Of a stretch of DNA of 64,000 nucleotides, positions 36,887 to 46,947 are shown one piece after another (positions within the stretch are counted from its first letter, which is position 1; every line of letters begins with the position of its first letter). The notes beneath the pieces are model-generated. The model saw only the letters and a list, made by a program, of their open reading frames with translations. It was not told the origin of the DNA and made no database searches. The stretch comes from Thermoproteota archaeon (GTDB lineage: Archaea > Korarchaeota > Korarchaeia > Korarchaeales > Korarchaeaceae), in NCBI GenBank assembly GCA_027491915.1, contig JAOZGC010000002.1, forward strand, positions 448,001-512,000, given 5' to 3'. The position numbers were made by a program, and so were the translations under genes.

Positions 36887-38818
36887 TTGGCGCTGGGCGG
36901 GTACGCCGGCCGCTACCTGGAGGTGGACCTCACCTCCGGTAGGTGGGTCGTCAGGGAGCTCCCCGGGAGGTGGGCCGTCGAGTACATAGGGGGGACGGGG
37001 TTCGCCGCCAGGTACCTCTGGGACCACGTCGGTCCGGGTGTGGACCCCCTCTCCCCCGAGAACGTCCTGGTGGTGGCCACCGGCCCGGCTACGGGCTCGG
37101 CCGCGCCCATGAGCGGGAGGTTCGTCATTGCGTCCAAGGCCCCGCTCACCGGGATATGGGGGGAGTCCCACGCCGGGGGTCACTTCGGGCCGGCCCTGAA
37201 GTTCGCCGGCTACGACCTCGTCGCCGTCACCGGCAGGAGCGAGTCCCCGGTCTATCTCTGGATAGACGACGACAGCGTGGAGATAAGGGACGCCTCGGAC
37301 CTCTGGGGGAAGACCACGACGGAGACCTTCTCGGCCATAAGGGAGGAGCTGGGCGATCCGGAGGTCCAGGCCGCCGTCATAGGCCCGGCCGGGGAGAGGC
37401 TGGTCAGGTTCGCCAACGTGATGGCCGACACGTGCGACGCCGCCGGCAGGACCGGCATGGGGGCCGTGATGGGGTCCAAGAACCTGAAGGCCGTGGCGGT
37501 CAGGGGGAGCCGCGGGGTGGAGCCGGCCTCGGACGAGTTCTACGACGTGGTGAACGGGCTCTACGAGAAGGCCACCCGGGGGGAGTGGAGCAGGATAGCC
37601 GACGAGACCATCAGGGGGTACGGCACCCCCTACCTGATAGACGTCATGACCCAGATAGGGAGGCTCCCGACCAAGAACCACTACACGGGCCTGTTCGACC
37701 GGGCCGAGGACATAAACGCCACCGCCCTTGAGAGGTACAGGATCAGCAAGAAGTCCTGCTTCAACTGCTTCCTCCAGTGCAAGTACGTCCACTACGTCCC
37801 GTCGGGGAGGTACGCCGGGACCCTGACCTGCGGCCCCGAGTACGAGGCCCTGGTGGCCCTGGGATCCAACGTCATGGTGGGCAACCTGGAGGCCATACTC
37901 CACTACAACAGGCTGTGCAACGACTACGGCATGGACGTCATAACGGCGGGGAAGATAGTCTCCTGGCTGATGGAGATCTACGAGAGGGGGCTCGTCTCGG
38001 AGGACGACCTCGGGGGGATCAGGCCCGTCTGGGGAGACGAGGAGGTGGTCGAGACCCTGATACACGCCATGGCCAGGAGGGAGGGGATCGGGGACCTGCT
38101 GGCCGAGGGCGGCCTGAGGGCGGCCAAGAAGATCGGGAGGGGAACCGAGAGGTACCTGATCCACGTCAAGGGGCTGGAGGCCTCCGCCCAGGACGGCAGG
38201 AGCCACAAGTCCATAGGGCTGGCCCACGCCGTCAACGTCAGGGGCGCCGATCACCTGAGGGGTCTCTGCACCTACGACGAGCTCCCCTGGGCCGTGAAGT
38301 ACGCGTACGAGAGGTTCGGCGAGGAGGAGGCCAGGAAGATGGTGGTGGACGACAGGCTGGATCCCCGGGGGAAGGGCTATCTAACCTGGCTCACCGAGAA
38401 CTTCTACTCCGTCGTGGACTCCATAATCACCTGCAAGTACGGCACCATGTGGCCCATGATCTACTACTACGACGACTTCGCCCCCATGCTGAGGACCCTC
38501 ACCGGGCTGGAAGAGCTGGGAGACGAGAGGCGCCTGAGGATCGCGGGGGAGAGGATATACATGCTCAGGAGGGCCTTCAACGCCAGGGAGGGGGTTGGCA
38601 GGTCTCAGGACACCCTGAACCCCAGGTTCACCGAGGAGCCGATGCCGGAGGGGCCGGGCAGGGGTCAGGTGGTGGAGCTGGACGTTATGCTCCCCGAGTA
38701 CTACGAGTACAGGGGGCTGGACCTGGAGACCGGGTGGCCCAAGAGGGAGAAGCTGATCCAGCTCGGCCTGGGGGACGTGGCCGAGGAGCTGGCCGGGATG
38801 GGGAGGCTGGCCGAGTGA
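36887..38818 (+). CDS. aor: Aldehyde:ferredoxin oxidoreductase family tungstoenzyme (copy 2)
   Basis: AGRTGMGAVMGSKNLKA, CFNCFLQC, GPEYE, RGADH, DSIITC. Confidence 0.95.
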   Translation: MALGGYAGRYLEVDLTSGRWVVRELPGRWAVEYIGGTGFAARYLWDHVGPGVDPLSPENVLVVATGPATGSAAPMSGRFVIASKAPLTGIWGESHAGGHFGPALKFAGYDLVAVTGRSESPVYLWIDDDSVEIRDASDLWGKTTTETFSAIREELGDPEVQAAVIGPAGERLVRFANVMADTCDAAGRTGMGAVMGSKNLKAVAVRGSRGVEPASDEFYDVVNGLYEKATRGEWSRIADETIRGYGTPYLIDVMTQIGRLPTKNHYTGLFDRAEDINATALERYRISKKSCFNCFLQCKYVHYVPSGRYAGTLTCGPEYEALVALGSNVMVGNLEAILHYNRLCNDYGMDVITAGKIVSWLMEIYERGLVSEDDLGGIRPVWGDEEVVETLIHAMARREGIGDLLAEGGLRAAKKIGRGTERYLIHVKGLEASAQDGRSHKSIGLAHAVNVRGADHLRGLCTYDELPWAVKYAYERFGEEEARKMVVDDRLDPRGKGYLTWLTENFYSVVDSIITCKYGTMWPMIYYYDDFAPMLRTLTGLEELGDERRLRIAGERIYMLRRAFNAREGVGRSQDTLNPRFTEEPMPEGPGRGQVVELDVMLPEYYEYRGLDLETGWPKREKLIQLGLGDVAEELAGMGRLAE

Positions 38819-38891
38819 GACCGCCTCGTCCCCCGGCCCGGCCGGACCCGATCTCATCCGACCAGCGTCAGCCTACGGTGGGGGATCCGGG

Positions 38892-39731
38892 TTGACGCCG
38901 CCCGGCCGTCCCGGGGACTCCTTCGAGAGGTTGAGGGGTGATCAGACCTCTGGGGCGGAGGAGCTTGCGGCCGCGGCCGCCGAGGCCGCGTCGGCCGCCC
39001 TGAGATTCGGGTGGAGTCGGGAGCGGGTCCTGGCCGAGCTCGAACTCGTCCGCGACGCGCACCCAGAGATGATCCCCCTGGCCAACCTGCTGGCGGCGGC
39101 CCCCGGGATGGACCCCGGCGACTTCAGGGATGCGGCGGCCGCCATGAGGGAGGCCGGGGCCGCGGCGGCCGCCGCGGCGGCCGACCTGCTGTCGGGGGCC
39201 GAGGTCGTCGCGACGCTCAGCAGGAGCTCCACGGTCCTGAGGGCGGTGGAGATGGCCCGCCCCGAGAGGCTGATCGTGCTGATCTCCGAGCCCGGGGGGG
39301 AGGGGAGGGCCGCGGCCTCCGCCGCGGCGGATATGGGGATCAGCGTGGACCTGATCCCCGACTCCTGCGCGGGGCACTTCGCCTCCGAGGTGGACGTCGG
39401 TCTGGTCGGGGCGGACGCGGTCCTCCGGGACGGGTCGCTGGTCAACAAGGCCGGGACCTCCGTCCTGGCGGCCGCCCTCCGGCGTCTGGGGAGGCCCCTC
39501 TACTCGGCCACCTCCCTGTGGAAGGTCGACGTCCTCGGCCTGTGGCCCGGGGTCAGGGAGGTGGGCTGGGATCCCGGCGGCGTCCCCCCCGGCGTCGGGA
39601 CCAGGGCCGTCCTGTTCGACGTGACCCCGTCCCAGCACGTTGGGGCCTACGCGACGGAGAGGGGGGTGCTCGACCCCGGGGACGTCCTCGGGGAGGCCAG
39701 GTCCTCACTCCCCCTCCCCGTCCGGGGGTGA
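38892..39731 (+). CDS. eIF-2B alpha/beta/delta-like protein (sugar-phosphate isomerase fold)
   Basis: SGA, HPEM, TLSRSSTV, SEPGGEG, IPD, VGADAV..DG..VNKAGT, TERG. Confidence 0.85.
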   Translation: MTPPGRPGDSFERLRGDQTSGAEELAAAAAEAASAALRFGWSRERVLAELELVRDAHPEMIPLANLLAAAPGMDPGDFRDAAAAMREAGAAAAAAAADLLSGAEVVATLSRSSTVLRAVEMARPERLIVLISEPGGEGRAAASAAADMGISVDLIPDSCAGHFASEVDVGLVGADAVLRDGSLVNKAGTSVLAAALRRLGRPLYSATSLWKVDVLGLWPGVREVGWDPGGVPPGVGTRAVLFDVTPSQHVGAYATERGVLDPGDVLGEARSSLPLPVRG

Positions 39732-40181
39732 TCCGCCGCCCCCGCCGGTCCTCCCCCGCGGCGGGCCCCCGTACTCCCACAGCCAGATCACTGGGGTCAC
39801 CGATCTCGCCGCCTCCCCCTGCCTCCCGTCGGCCGTCACCAGGGGGGCGCCCATCAGCTCGGACAGCGCGATGTAGGAGGAGTCGTAGAACGTGACGCCG
39901 AGCGTCCTGGCGAGCCTGGCCGCCTCGGCGGCCGCCTCACGGGACGGCGGCCTGAGGTCCACCCCCAGGTTCAGGAGGGCCTCCAGGGCGAGGGCGCAGT
40001 CGTCGGCCGACAGCTGAGGGTTCCTCCACAGGGCGTTCCCCACCTCGTAAAGCAGGTGGTCCGGCGCCGAGAGCTCGATCGAGCCGCCGACCAGGTCGTC
40101 CCTCAGGGCCAGGGCCCGATCCGTCCACTCCTCCGCGTTGAACCACTTGACCGCCACGCTGGCGTCCACCACGAGCCTCAA
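39705..40181 (-). CDS. vapC: VapC PIN-domain toxin
   Basis: VVDASVAVKWF, YEVGNAL, YDSSY, VTAD. Confidence 0.9.
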   Translation of the reverse strand: MRLVVDASVAVKWFNAEEWTDRALALRDDLVGGSIELSAPDHLLYEVGNALWRNPQLSADDCALALEALLNLGVDLRPPSREAAAEAARLARTLGVTFYDSSYIALSELMGAPLVTADGRQGEAARSVTPVIWLWEYGGPPRGRTGGGGGSPPDGEGE

Positions 40182-40393
40182 GAATCCCTATCCTCCCTCA
40201 CCGAGCGGGCGGCCTCGAAGGCGCCGGGGCGCGTCTTCGACCTGATCGCGTCGACCAACTCGGCCGCCCTACTCCTCCGCTCGAGCTCGATCCTCTCCTC
40301 TATCTTCCTCCTGAGGTACTCGCTCCAGTTTATCCTCACCAGCCTCATCTCCTCCTTGAGCCTCTCGGGCACGCGCACGGACACGACCGGCAT
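40178..40393 (-). CDS. vapB: RHH-type antitoxin
   Basis: MPVVSVRVP..INWSEYLRRKI..SVREDRD; TTGA overlap with the toxin. Confidence 0.82.
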   Translation of the reverse strand: MPVVSVRVPERLKEEMRLVRINWSEYLRRKIEERIELERRSRAAELVDAIRSKTRPGAFEAARSVREDRDS

Positions 40394-40482
40394 GCTGCCC
40401 TCGGTCAAACGCCACTGTCTATACTTATATGTCGTGCGCCGACGTACTGAGGCTGAGGGCGCGGCCCGGCCGCCGGCCCCGC

Positions 40483-41901
40483 TCACGGGTTGAGGAGCCC
40501 GGCCAGCAGCTGGGCCGGTCCCAGACCCAGCAGCACGGTCAGGGCGGCCGCGGCCGCGGCGACCAGCACCGCCGGATCGCCGACCCTCTCCCGGGGCATG
40601 CCCTCCCTGGGGCCGCCGGCGAAGTACATGTACCTTATGACCTGGGCGTAGTAGCCCACCGACACCCCGCTGTTCAGGACCCCCGCCAGGGCCAGCCACG
40701 GGGCGGCGTCTGCCACGGAGAGGAAGAGGTAGGTGAACTTGCTCCAGAACCCTATGAGGGGCGGCATGCCCATGAGGCTGAGCATCAGCACCGTGACGGC
40801 CGCGCCCAGCGTCGGCATCCTCCTCCCCAGCCCCCTGATGTCCTCCAACCCGACGCCCACCCCCTCCCTCACCAGGTAGGCCAGGGCGACGAATATCCCG
40901 ACCTTGGCCAGCACGTAAGTGGTCATGTGGAGGGCCACCCCCTGAAGCCCCAGGGCCCGGGCGGCTGGGTCGGACGCGGCGGCGAGCCCCACCAGCAGGT
41001 AGCCGGCGTGGGCTATGCTGCTGTAGGCCATCATCCTCTGGACGTTCCCCTGGACCAGCGCGGCCACGTTCCCGAACGTCATGGTGGCCACGGCGAACAG
41101 CGCCAGCGAGGGGAGCCATGAGGCGAGCCCTGGCGCCATGGGGACGACGACCCTCAGGAGTCCGGCGACGGCGGCCATCTTGACCACCCCCGCTATGTAG
41201 GCCACCAGTATCGGGTGGACGCCGCCGTAGACGTCCGGGAGCCAGCCGTGGAACGGGAAGACCCCCAGCTTGAAGCCGAAGGCGGCCACCAGCAGCAGGA
41301 TCCCCAGGGCCGCCATCGTCGGGTCGACCCCCGCCGGCAGCCCGGCCAGCCGGGCGGTCCCGGTCAGCCCCACGGCCACCCCCAGCCCGTATATCAGCAG
41401 CGAGGAGGAGACGGCGCCCATGATCCCGTACTTCATGGCCCCCTGCAGGGAGGCCCCGTCCTTCCTGATCCCGGCCAGAACGTAGGAAGCCACCGCCACC
41501 AGGGCCCACGCGGCCACCAGGGTCACCGCGTCGGCCACGTGGACCATGACGTGGACCCCGGCCAGGGCCAGGAGCATCAGGGCGTAGGCGCTGTAGGAGG
41601 TCGGCCAGGACCCCACCTCCGGCGCGGAGGCCCCGGCGACCAGCAGGGCCCCGAGGGTCGCCAGGAGCCCCAGGTAGGAGGAGTAGGGGTCGAGCCTGAT
41701 CGCCCCGGAGAATATCTCGACGGGTCCCGCGGCGGTCAGCTCAGCCGCCAGCGCGCAGGAGAGGGCCAGGGCGGCGGCCAGCGTCGCCAGCGCGACGGCC
41801 GCCGGGGTCCTCCTCCCCCTCCCCTCCAGGAGGGGCAGGATCAGTCCCGGCGCCGTCAGCACGACCATCAGCACCTCGAATGTGGTCGCCGGATCCGCCA
41901 T
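40483..41901 (-). CDS. nuoN: Complex-I-like subunit N
   Basis: FKLGVFPFHGWLPDVY, RMMAYSSIAHAGY, GMPPLIGFWSK. Confidence 0.92.
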   Translation of the reverse strand: MADPATTFEVLMVVLTAPGLILPLLEGRGRRTPAAVALATLAAALALSCALAAELTAAGPVEIFSGAIRLDPYSSYLGLLATLGALLVAGASAPEVGSWPTSYSAYALMLLALAGVHVMVHVADAVTLVAAWALVAVASYVLAGIRKDGASLQGAMKYGIMGAVSSSLLIYGLGVAVGLTGTARLAGLPAGVDPTMAALGILLLVAAFGFKLGVFPFHGWLPDVYGGVHPILVAYIAGVVKMAAVAGLLRVVVPMAPGLASWLPSLALFAVATMTFGNVAALVQGNVQRMMAYSSIAHAGYLLVGLAAASDPAARALGLQGVALHMTTYVLAKVGIFVALAYLVREGVGVGLEDIRGLGRRMPTLGAAVTVLMLSLMGMPPLIGFWSKFTYLFLSVADAAPWLALAGVLNSGVSVGYYAQVIRYMYFAGGPREGMPRERVGDPAVLVAAAAAALTVLLGLGPAQLLAGLLNP

Positions 41902-41904
41902 GCC

Positions 41905-44031
41905 TCACACCACCCACACCAGGACGTACACGAGCAGGGCCAGCCCGGCGAAGAACAGGAGCAGGTAGTGGTTGACCGCGCCCGTCTGCAGCCTCCTGAA
42001 CTGCCTCCCGATCCAGAGGGCCAGGGCTGGGAGGGCCTCGTTGTAGCCGCGGTCCACCACCCCCCTCTCGAAGGTCCAGCCCAGCTCGCTGGCCCCCCAG
42101 GCGGAAGCCGGCACGAGCCTGTGGTAGAACCCGTCGACCACGATGCTCTCGAAGTATCGGAACCCCGCCCTCGAGAGCCACGCGAACCCCCCGACTATCA
42201 CCCTGTAGTAGAGGCTGTTGACGTACCACCTGTCGTAGAGGAACTCCCTGAGGGCCCGGAGCGGCCCGGGGCCGGCCGCGGCCGCCAGCAGCCTCCCGCC
42301 CGCCGGCGTCTGGTAGGCCACCCACCCCAGGGCCACCCCGCCGAACACCATCGAGAGCGAGGCGGCGAGCATCCCGGGCTCGAGGTGCACCTCGAATCCG
42401 GGGACCTCCCCCAGGGCAAGCACGTTTCTGGAGACGGCCTCCAGGATTCGGGGGCCGACGAGCGGCCAGGCGACGCCGAGCAGGAGGGTGGCCGCCGCCA
42501 GCGTCAGGTAGGGAGCCAGCATGAGCGGGCGGGCCTCGTGCAGCCTGTGCTCCCTCCTGAGGCGGGACACGTTGTCCGACTCCTCGTAGAAGAAGGTCCT
42601 CAGCACAAGGCGGGTGGAGTAGAAGGCGGTCAGCCCGGCCGTGACCACGCCCAGCGCGTACGCGGCCGCGATCCCCGACTCGGCGGCGGCCTCGACGACC
42701 GCGTCCTTGCTCCAGAAACCCATCAGCGGGGGGACCCCGGCCAGGCTGAGCGCGGTCACCAGCATGGAGGCCATGGTGAGCCTCATGGGATCGGACAGGC
42801 GCCCCATGTCGTCCAGGTACTTCGAGTGGACCGCGTGTATCACGGCCCCGGCCCCCAGGAACAGAGCCGCCTTGAACATGGCGTGGCTCATGAAGTGGGA
42901 GAACCCGGCCATGAGCCCGGAGGAGAACTCCCCCATGAGCCCCGCGCTCCCCAGGGCCAGGAACATGTACCCGAGCTGGGAGGCCGTGGAGAAGGCCAGT
43001 ACGAGCTTCAATTCCCGGGCCACTAGGGCCTGGGTGGCCATGAAGAACGCGGTGAAGGCCCCCGCCAGGGCCACCACCTCGAAGTAGGTGGAGACGGCCT
43101 GGGACGCCGCCGGGACGGCGGCCAGCTCGGCCTGGGCCAGCTTGAATATGGGGCCGAACCTCAGCAGGAAGTAGACCCCCGCCTTGACCATCGTGGCGGC
43201 GTGTATCAGGGCGCTGACCGAGGTGGGCCCGGTCATCGCCGTGACCAGCCACTCGTGGAACGGGAACTGGGCGCTCTTCGCCATGGCCCCGAGGGAGAAG
43301 GTCAGCAGGAAGGGCAGCAGGAGCCCCCTGGCGGCCAGCCAGGAAGCCCACTCCCCGGCCGACGACGCTATCTCGGGGATGCTGAAGGTGCCCGTCAGGA
43401 GGTAGAGGACCCCTATCCCCACCAGGAAGCCGACGTCCCCGAGCCTGGTGAACACCAGGGCCCTGAGGCCGCTGTGACTCGGGGTGAACCACATCGGGAC
43501 TCCCAGGGCCCTCCTCCCGACGTCCCCCACGCACCTCTCCTCCTCGTCGGTGTGCCAGTGTCCTATCAGGGCGTAGGACGCCAGGCCGGTCCCCTCCCAT
43601 CCCAGGAACATCACCAGCAGGTTGTCGGCCATGACGAGCAGGAGCATGCTGCCCACGAAGAAGTCGAAGAAGAACCAGTACCTGGTCCTCCCGGGATCCT
43701 CTGCCATGTACTCCAGGCTGTAGATCCCTATCAGGAAGCACAGCCAGGATATTATCAGGGCCATCGCGGCGGACAGGGTGTCCACGTAGACCCCGGCGTC
43801 CAGCCCCAGGCTGGGCACCCAGGGGACCGACCACGTCACCAGGCCCTCTGGGGAGGAGAAGACGTCCCACGCCAGGATCGAGGCCGAGAGGGCCGACACC
43901 CCAAGCAGGGATGCGGCCAGCGCGTCCCTCCCCCTGTCGAGCCTGGACAGGAGCAGGGACAGGACGGCCCCGGCGTAGGGGAGGGCCCAAGTGACGACGG
44001 CCGCGACCTGAGCCGGGTCCACCGTGACCAC
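41905..44031 (-). CDS. nuoL: Complex-I-like subunit L
   Basis: GWEG, KSAQFPFHEWL..AMTGPTSVSALIHAATMV, HAMFKA, GFWSKD, long C-terminal helix. Confidence 0.93.
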   Translation of the reverse strand: MVTVDPAQVAAVVTWALPYAGAVLSLLLSRLDRGRDALAASLLGVSALSASILAWDVFSSPEGLVTWSVPWVPSLGLDAGVYVDTLSAAMALIISWLCFLIGIYSLEYMAEDPGRTRYWFFFDFFVGSMLLLVMADNLLVMFLGWEGTGLASYALIGHWHTDEEERCVGDVGRRALGVPMWFTPSHSGLRALVFTRLGDVGFLVGIGVLYLLTGTFSIPEIASSAGEWASWLAARGLLLPFLLTFSLGAMAKSAQFPFHEWLVTAMTGPTSVSALIHAATMVKAGVYFLLRFGPIFKLAQAELAAVPAASQAVSTYFEVVALAGAFTAFFMATQALVARELKLVLAFSTASQLGYMFLALGSAGLMGEFSSGLMAGFSHFMSHAMFKAALFLGAGAVIHAVHSKYLDDMGRLSDPMRLTMASMLVTALSLAGVPPLMGFWSKDAVVEAAAESGIAAAYALGVVTAGLTAFYSTRLVLRTFFYEESDNVSRLRREHRLHEARPLMLAPYLTLAAATLLLGVAWPLVGPRILEAVSRNVLALGEVPGFEVHLEPGMLAASLSMVFGGVALGWVAYQTPAGGRLLAAAAGPGPLRALREFLYDRWYVNSLYYRVIVGGFAWLSRAGFRYFESIVVDGFYHRLVPASAWGASELGWTFERGVVDRGYNEALPALALWIGRQFRRLQTGAVNHYLLLFFAGLALLVYVLVWVV

Positions 44032-44032
44032 C

Positions 44033-45583
44033 TCATCCCAGGATCGAGCTCACCGCGGCGCTCAGCGGATCGAGCACCACGCCCGGCCAGAGGAACAGCA
44101 GGATCCCGGCGGCCGCCACGACCGCCATCGGACCCAGCAGGGTCCAGCCGGCCTCCTCTGCCCCCTCGGTCCGATCCGTCGGCTGGCCGAAGAATATCCT
44201 CTTCATGGTCAGGAAGGCGTAGGCCGTGGAGAGCCCTATGCCGACGAGTAGGATCAGCACCATGGCCGAGAAGTAGGCGGCCGACCCGCCCACGGCGGTG
44301 CCGGCCAGCCCGGTCAGTATCAGGATCTCGCTCCAGAGCCCCAGGGACGGGGGTATCCCGGTTATGTGCATGAACCCCAACAGGGCCAGGGACGACGTCA
44401 TCGGCATCCTGGAGGCCAGCCCCCCCATCTTGGATATGCTCCTGAGGCCGTCCATCTGCACTATCAGGACCCCGGCCGTCGAGAAGAGCAGGGCCTTCCC
44501 CACCGCGTGGGCCGCGTAGTGGGTCATGGCCCCGGCGACGCCGGCCGGGGTCAGGGTCGACACCCCGGCCAGTATGTAACCCATCTGGGACACGCTGGAG
44601 TAGGCCAGCAGCCTCTTGAAGTCGTCCTGGGCGAGGGCCATCAGCCCCCCGTAGACTATGGTGAACAGCCCCAGGGGCAGGGTGTAGGTGGCCAGGCGGG
44701 CGAACTCGGCCGGGAACATGGGGTACACTATCCTGACCAGGGCGTAGCCCGCGATGCCTATCAGGTTGGGGGACAGCAGGGCCGAGACGGGGGTGGGCGC
44801 CTCGGCGTGCGCGTACGGAAGCCATATGTGGACCCCGAACACCGCCAGCTTGACGAAGAGCCCGAGGCAGAGGGCCGCCACCACCGGCATCCTCAGGCCG
44901 GCCGGGAGGAGGGCCCCAACCTCGACGGGCCGCAGGAGCTCCGGATCATAGAAGTCGAAGGTCCCGGCCGCAAGCCCGGCGACCAGCGCGCCGACCAAGA
45001 AGACCAGGGCACCCACGTGCGTCCATATCAGGTACAGGAGGGCTATCCTCCCCCGGTTCCCGTATCCGTAGAAGGCTATCAGGAGGAAGCTGGGCAGGAG
45101 CGACACCTCCAGGAAGAGGTAGAACTCTATCAGGTTGGTGGACAGGACCGTCCCCATCATGGCCGCGGCGAACATGACGTAGAGCATGTAGTAGACGCCC
45201 CAGCCGGGCGCACCCCCTCCCTCCTCCCGCTCGAACTCCTCGAAGCGGTGCTCCATGTACCTCAGGGAGTACACCGAGATCGTCACGGTCACCAGGGCTA
45301 TGGAGATGGCCAGCGGCGCGCTGAGCCCGTCCAGGAGCATGCTGAACCTCCCTATGGACTCGGATCGGAAGAACACCGGATCGACGACCGGCCCCCCGAG
45401 GCCGAACCTCGCCGCGATCCACGCCACGGCGGCGGCCGGGATCATCAGCAGGACGGTCCCGGCGGCCGCGGTCCCCCTCCTGCCCAGGGAATCGTCCAGG
45501 AGCGGGAGCGCCAGCGAGATCGCGATGGGGGCGACCACGCTGGTGAACAGGATGGGACTGTCCAGGATCAACTCACTCACCAC
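44033..45583 (-). CDS. nuoM: Complex-I-like subunit M
   Basis: FYLFLE, HIWLPYAHAEAP, KRLLAYSSVSQMG. Confidence 0.92.
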   Translation of the reverse strand: MVSELILDSPILFTSVVAPIAISLALPLLDDSLGRRGTAAAGTVLLMIPAAAVAWIAARFGLGGPVVDPVFFRSESIGRFSMLLDGLSAPLAISIALVTVTISVYSLRYMEHRFEEFEREEGGGAPGWGVYYMLYVMFAAAMMGTVLSTNLIEFYLFLEVSLLPSFLLIAFYGYGNRGRIALLYLIWTHVGALVFLVGALVAGLAAGTFDFYDPELLRPVEVGALLPAGLRMPVVAALCLGLFVKLAVFGVHIWLPYAHAEAPTPVSALLSPNLIGIAGYALVRIVYPMFPAEFARLATYTLPLGLFTIVYGGLMALAQDDFKRLLAYSSVSQMGYILAGVSTLTPAGVAGAMTHYAAHAVGKALLFSTAGVLIVQMDGLRSISKMGGLASRMPMTSSLALLGFMHITGIPPSLGLWSEILILTGLAGTAVGGSAAYFSAMVLILLVGIGLSTAYAFLTMKRIFFGQPTDRTEGAEEAGWTLLGPMAVVAAAGILLFLWPGVVLDPLSAAVSSILG

Positions 45584-45893
45584 CCTCCCTAAGTCCGTAA
45601 ACGTCCAGGCTCCCCCTCAACCTGAACATGAGCACGGCCAGCGAGACCACAACCCCTATCTCCGCGGCCCCCAGGGACACGGCCAGGAGGGCGAGGACGC
45701 CGCCCTCCGCGGCCCCAACCCGAGACGCGGAGGTCAGGGCCAGCAGGGCCAGCAGGGCCGCGTTGAACATCAGCTCCGTGGCCAGGAGCATGCGTATGAC
45801 GTTCCTCCGCGTGAGGACCCCGTAGAGCCCCACGCAGAACATGATCGACGAGACGACCAGGTAGGCGTAGGGGTTCCCAGCGATCGCGATCAC
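45573..45893 (-). CDS. nuoK: Complex-I-like subunit K
   Basis: GLYGVLTRRN..ELMFNA, AAE. Confidence 0.92.
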   Translation of the reverse strand: MIAIAGNPYAYLVVSSIMFCVGLYGVLTRRNVIRMLLATELMFNAALLALLALTSASRVGAAEGGVLALLAVSLGAAEIGVVVSLAVLMFRLRGSLDVYGLREGGE

Positions 45894-46408
45894 CTGCCGT
45901 CACCCCCCTCCCCGCCCCCGTGGGCCTCCCTCCTGGCCAGGGCCAGCGCCTCTATCATGGTGGCCGCCAGGGCGGCCGCGGCCACCAGCAGGGCGAACCA
46001 GTACCTCTCCGTCATCGCCGAGGCCATCTCGGAGATGGGGATTGCCCCGCTGGCCAGGCTGAGCGACCCCTCCGGCCGGAACAGCAGCGCCAGGGAGGCG
46101 AAGATCAGGATCGCCGTGAAGACGGCCGCCCCCCTGGCCTCGGCCTCCACCGGGGGGGCCTCCCTCATCATGACGACGGAGAATATGATGAACGTCACGG
46201 CGGCCCCGACGTAGACCGCGAGCTGGAAGACCGCCACCGCGGTGAATCCGAGTTCGGCGAAGAGGGCGGCGTTGAACGCCCCGACCATGCCCAGGAACAG
46301 GGCGGAGTACACCATGGACCTGGACCTTATCACCATGACCGAGGACGCCACCGCGCAGGCGGCGGACGCCAGGAAGGCGAGGTCGGCCAGGTCAACCCAC
46401 GGGCTCAT
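45890..46408 (-). CDS. nuoJ: Complex-I-like subunit J
   Basis: YSAL, FQLAVYVGA; position in operon. Confidence 0.88.
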   Translation of the reverse strand: MSPWVDLADLAFLASAACAVASSVMVIRSRSMVYSALFLGMVGAFNAALFAELGFTAVAVFQLAVYVGAAVTFIIFSVVMMREAPPVEAEARGAAVFTAILIFASLALLFRPEGSLSLASGAIPISEMASAMTERYWFALLVAAAALAATMIEALALARREAHGGGEGGDGR

Positions 46409-46943
46409 ACGATATCCCCCTCCTCTCGTCCATCACGGGCCTGAGCCTCTTGGGGGGCCTCTCGAACTCCACGGTCGGGGGACCGGCGGCGAACTCCTCC
46501 GGCCGGTAGAGCATGTCCTCCACCCTCTCGTACGCGGCGTCGTGAACCTTGCTGTGCTCCAGGGCCCCGGTCGGGCAGATGTCGACGCAGAAACCGCAGA
46601 AGATGCACCTCGCGTAGTCTATCCCCGGATGCCTCTTCGGGGGGGTCTCGGGCTTCTCCCCCCCGCCCTCGCCCCCGCCCCCTCCCGAGGGCAGGTACAT
46701 CTTTATGGCGTTCGCGGGGCATATGGTGGCGCAGAGCCCGCAGCTTATGCACAGGTCCTGGTGGTAGATCAGCATCCCCCTGTACCCGTCGGGCAGCTCT
46801 ATCACCTCGTCCGGGTACTTCACCGTCATCCTGGGGACCGCGATCAGGTACTTGAGCCCGGTCCCGACGGCCTTCAGGTGGCCCCACAGGCTGACCACGG
46901 GGTTCCTCCCCCCGCGCCCTCCGACCTCCTCGACTCCGCCCAT
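46392..46943 (-). CDS. nuoI: Complex-I-like subunit I
   Basis: YP..YRG, CISCGLCATICP, CIFCGFCVDICP. Confidence 0.93.
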   Translation of the reverse strand: MGGVEEVGGRGGRNPVVSLWGHLKAVGTGLKYLIAVPRMTVKYPDEVIELPDGYRGMLIYHQDLCISCGLCATICPANAIKMYLPSGGGGGEGGGEKPETPPKRHPGIDYARCIFCGFCVDICPTGALEHSKVHDAAYERVEDMLYRPEEFAAGPPTVEFERPPKRLRPVMDERRGISYEPVG

Positions 46944-46947
46944 GACC

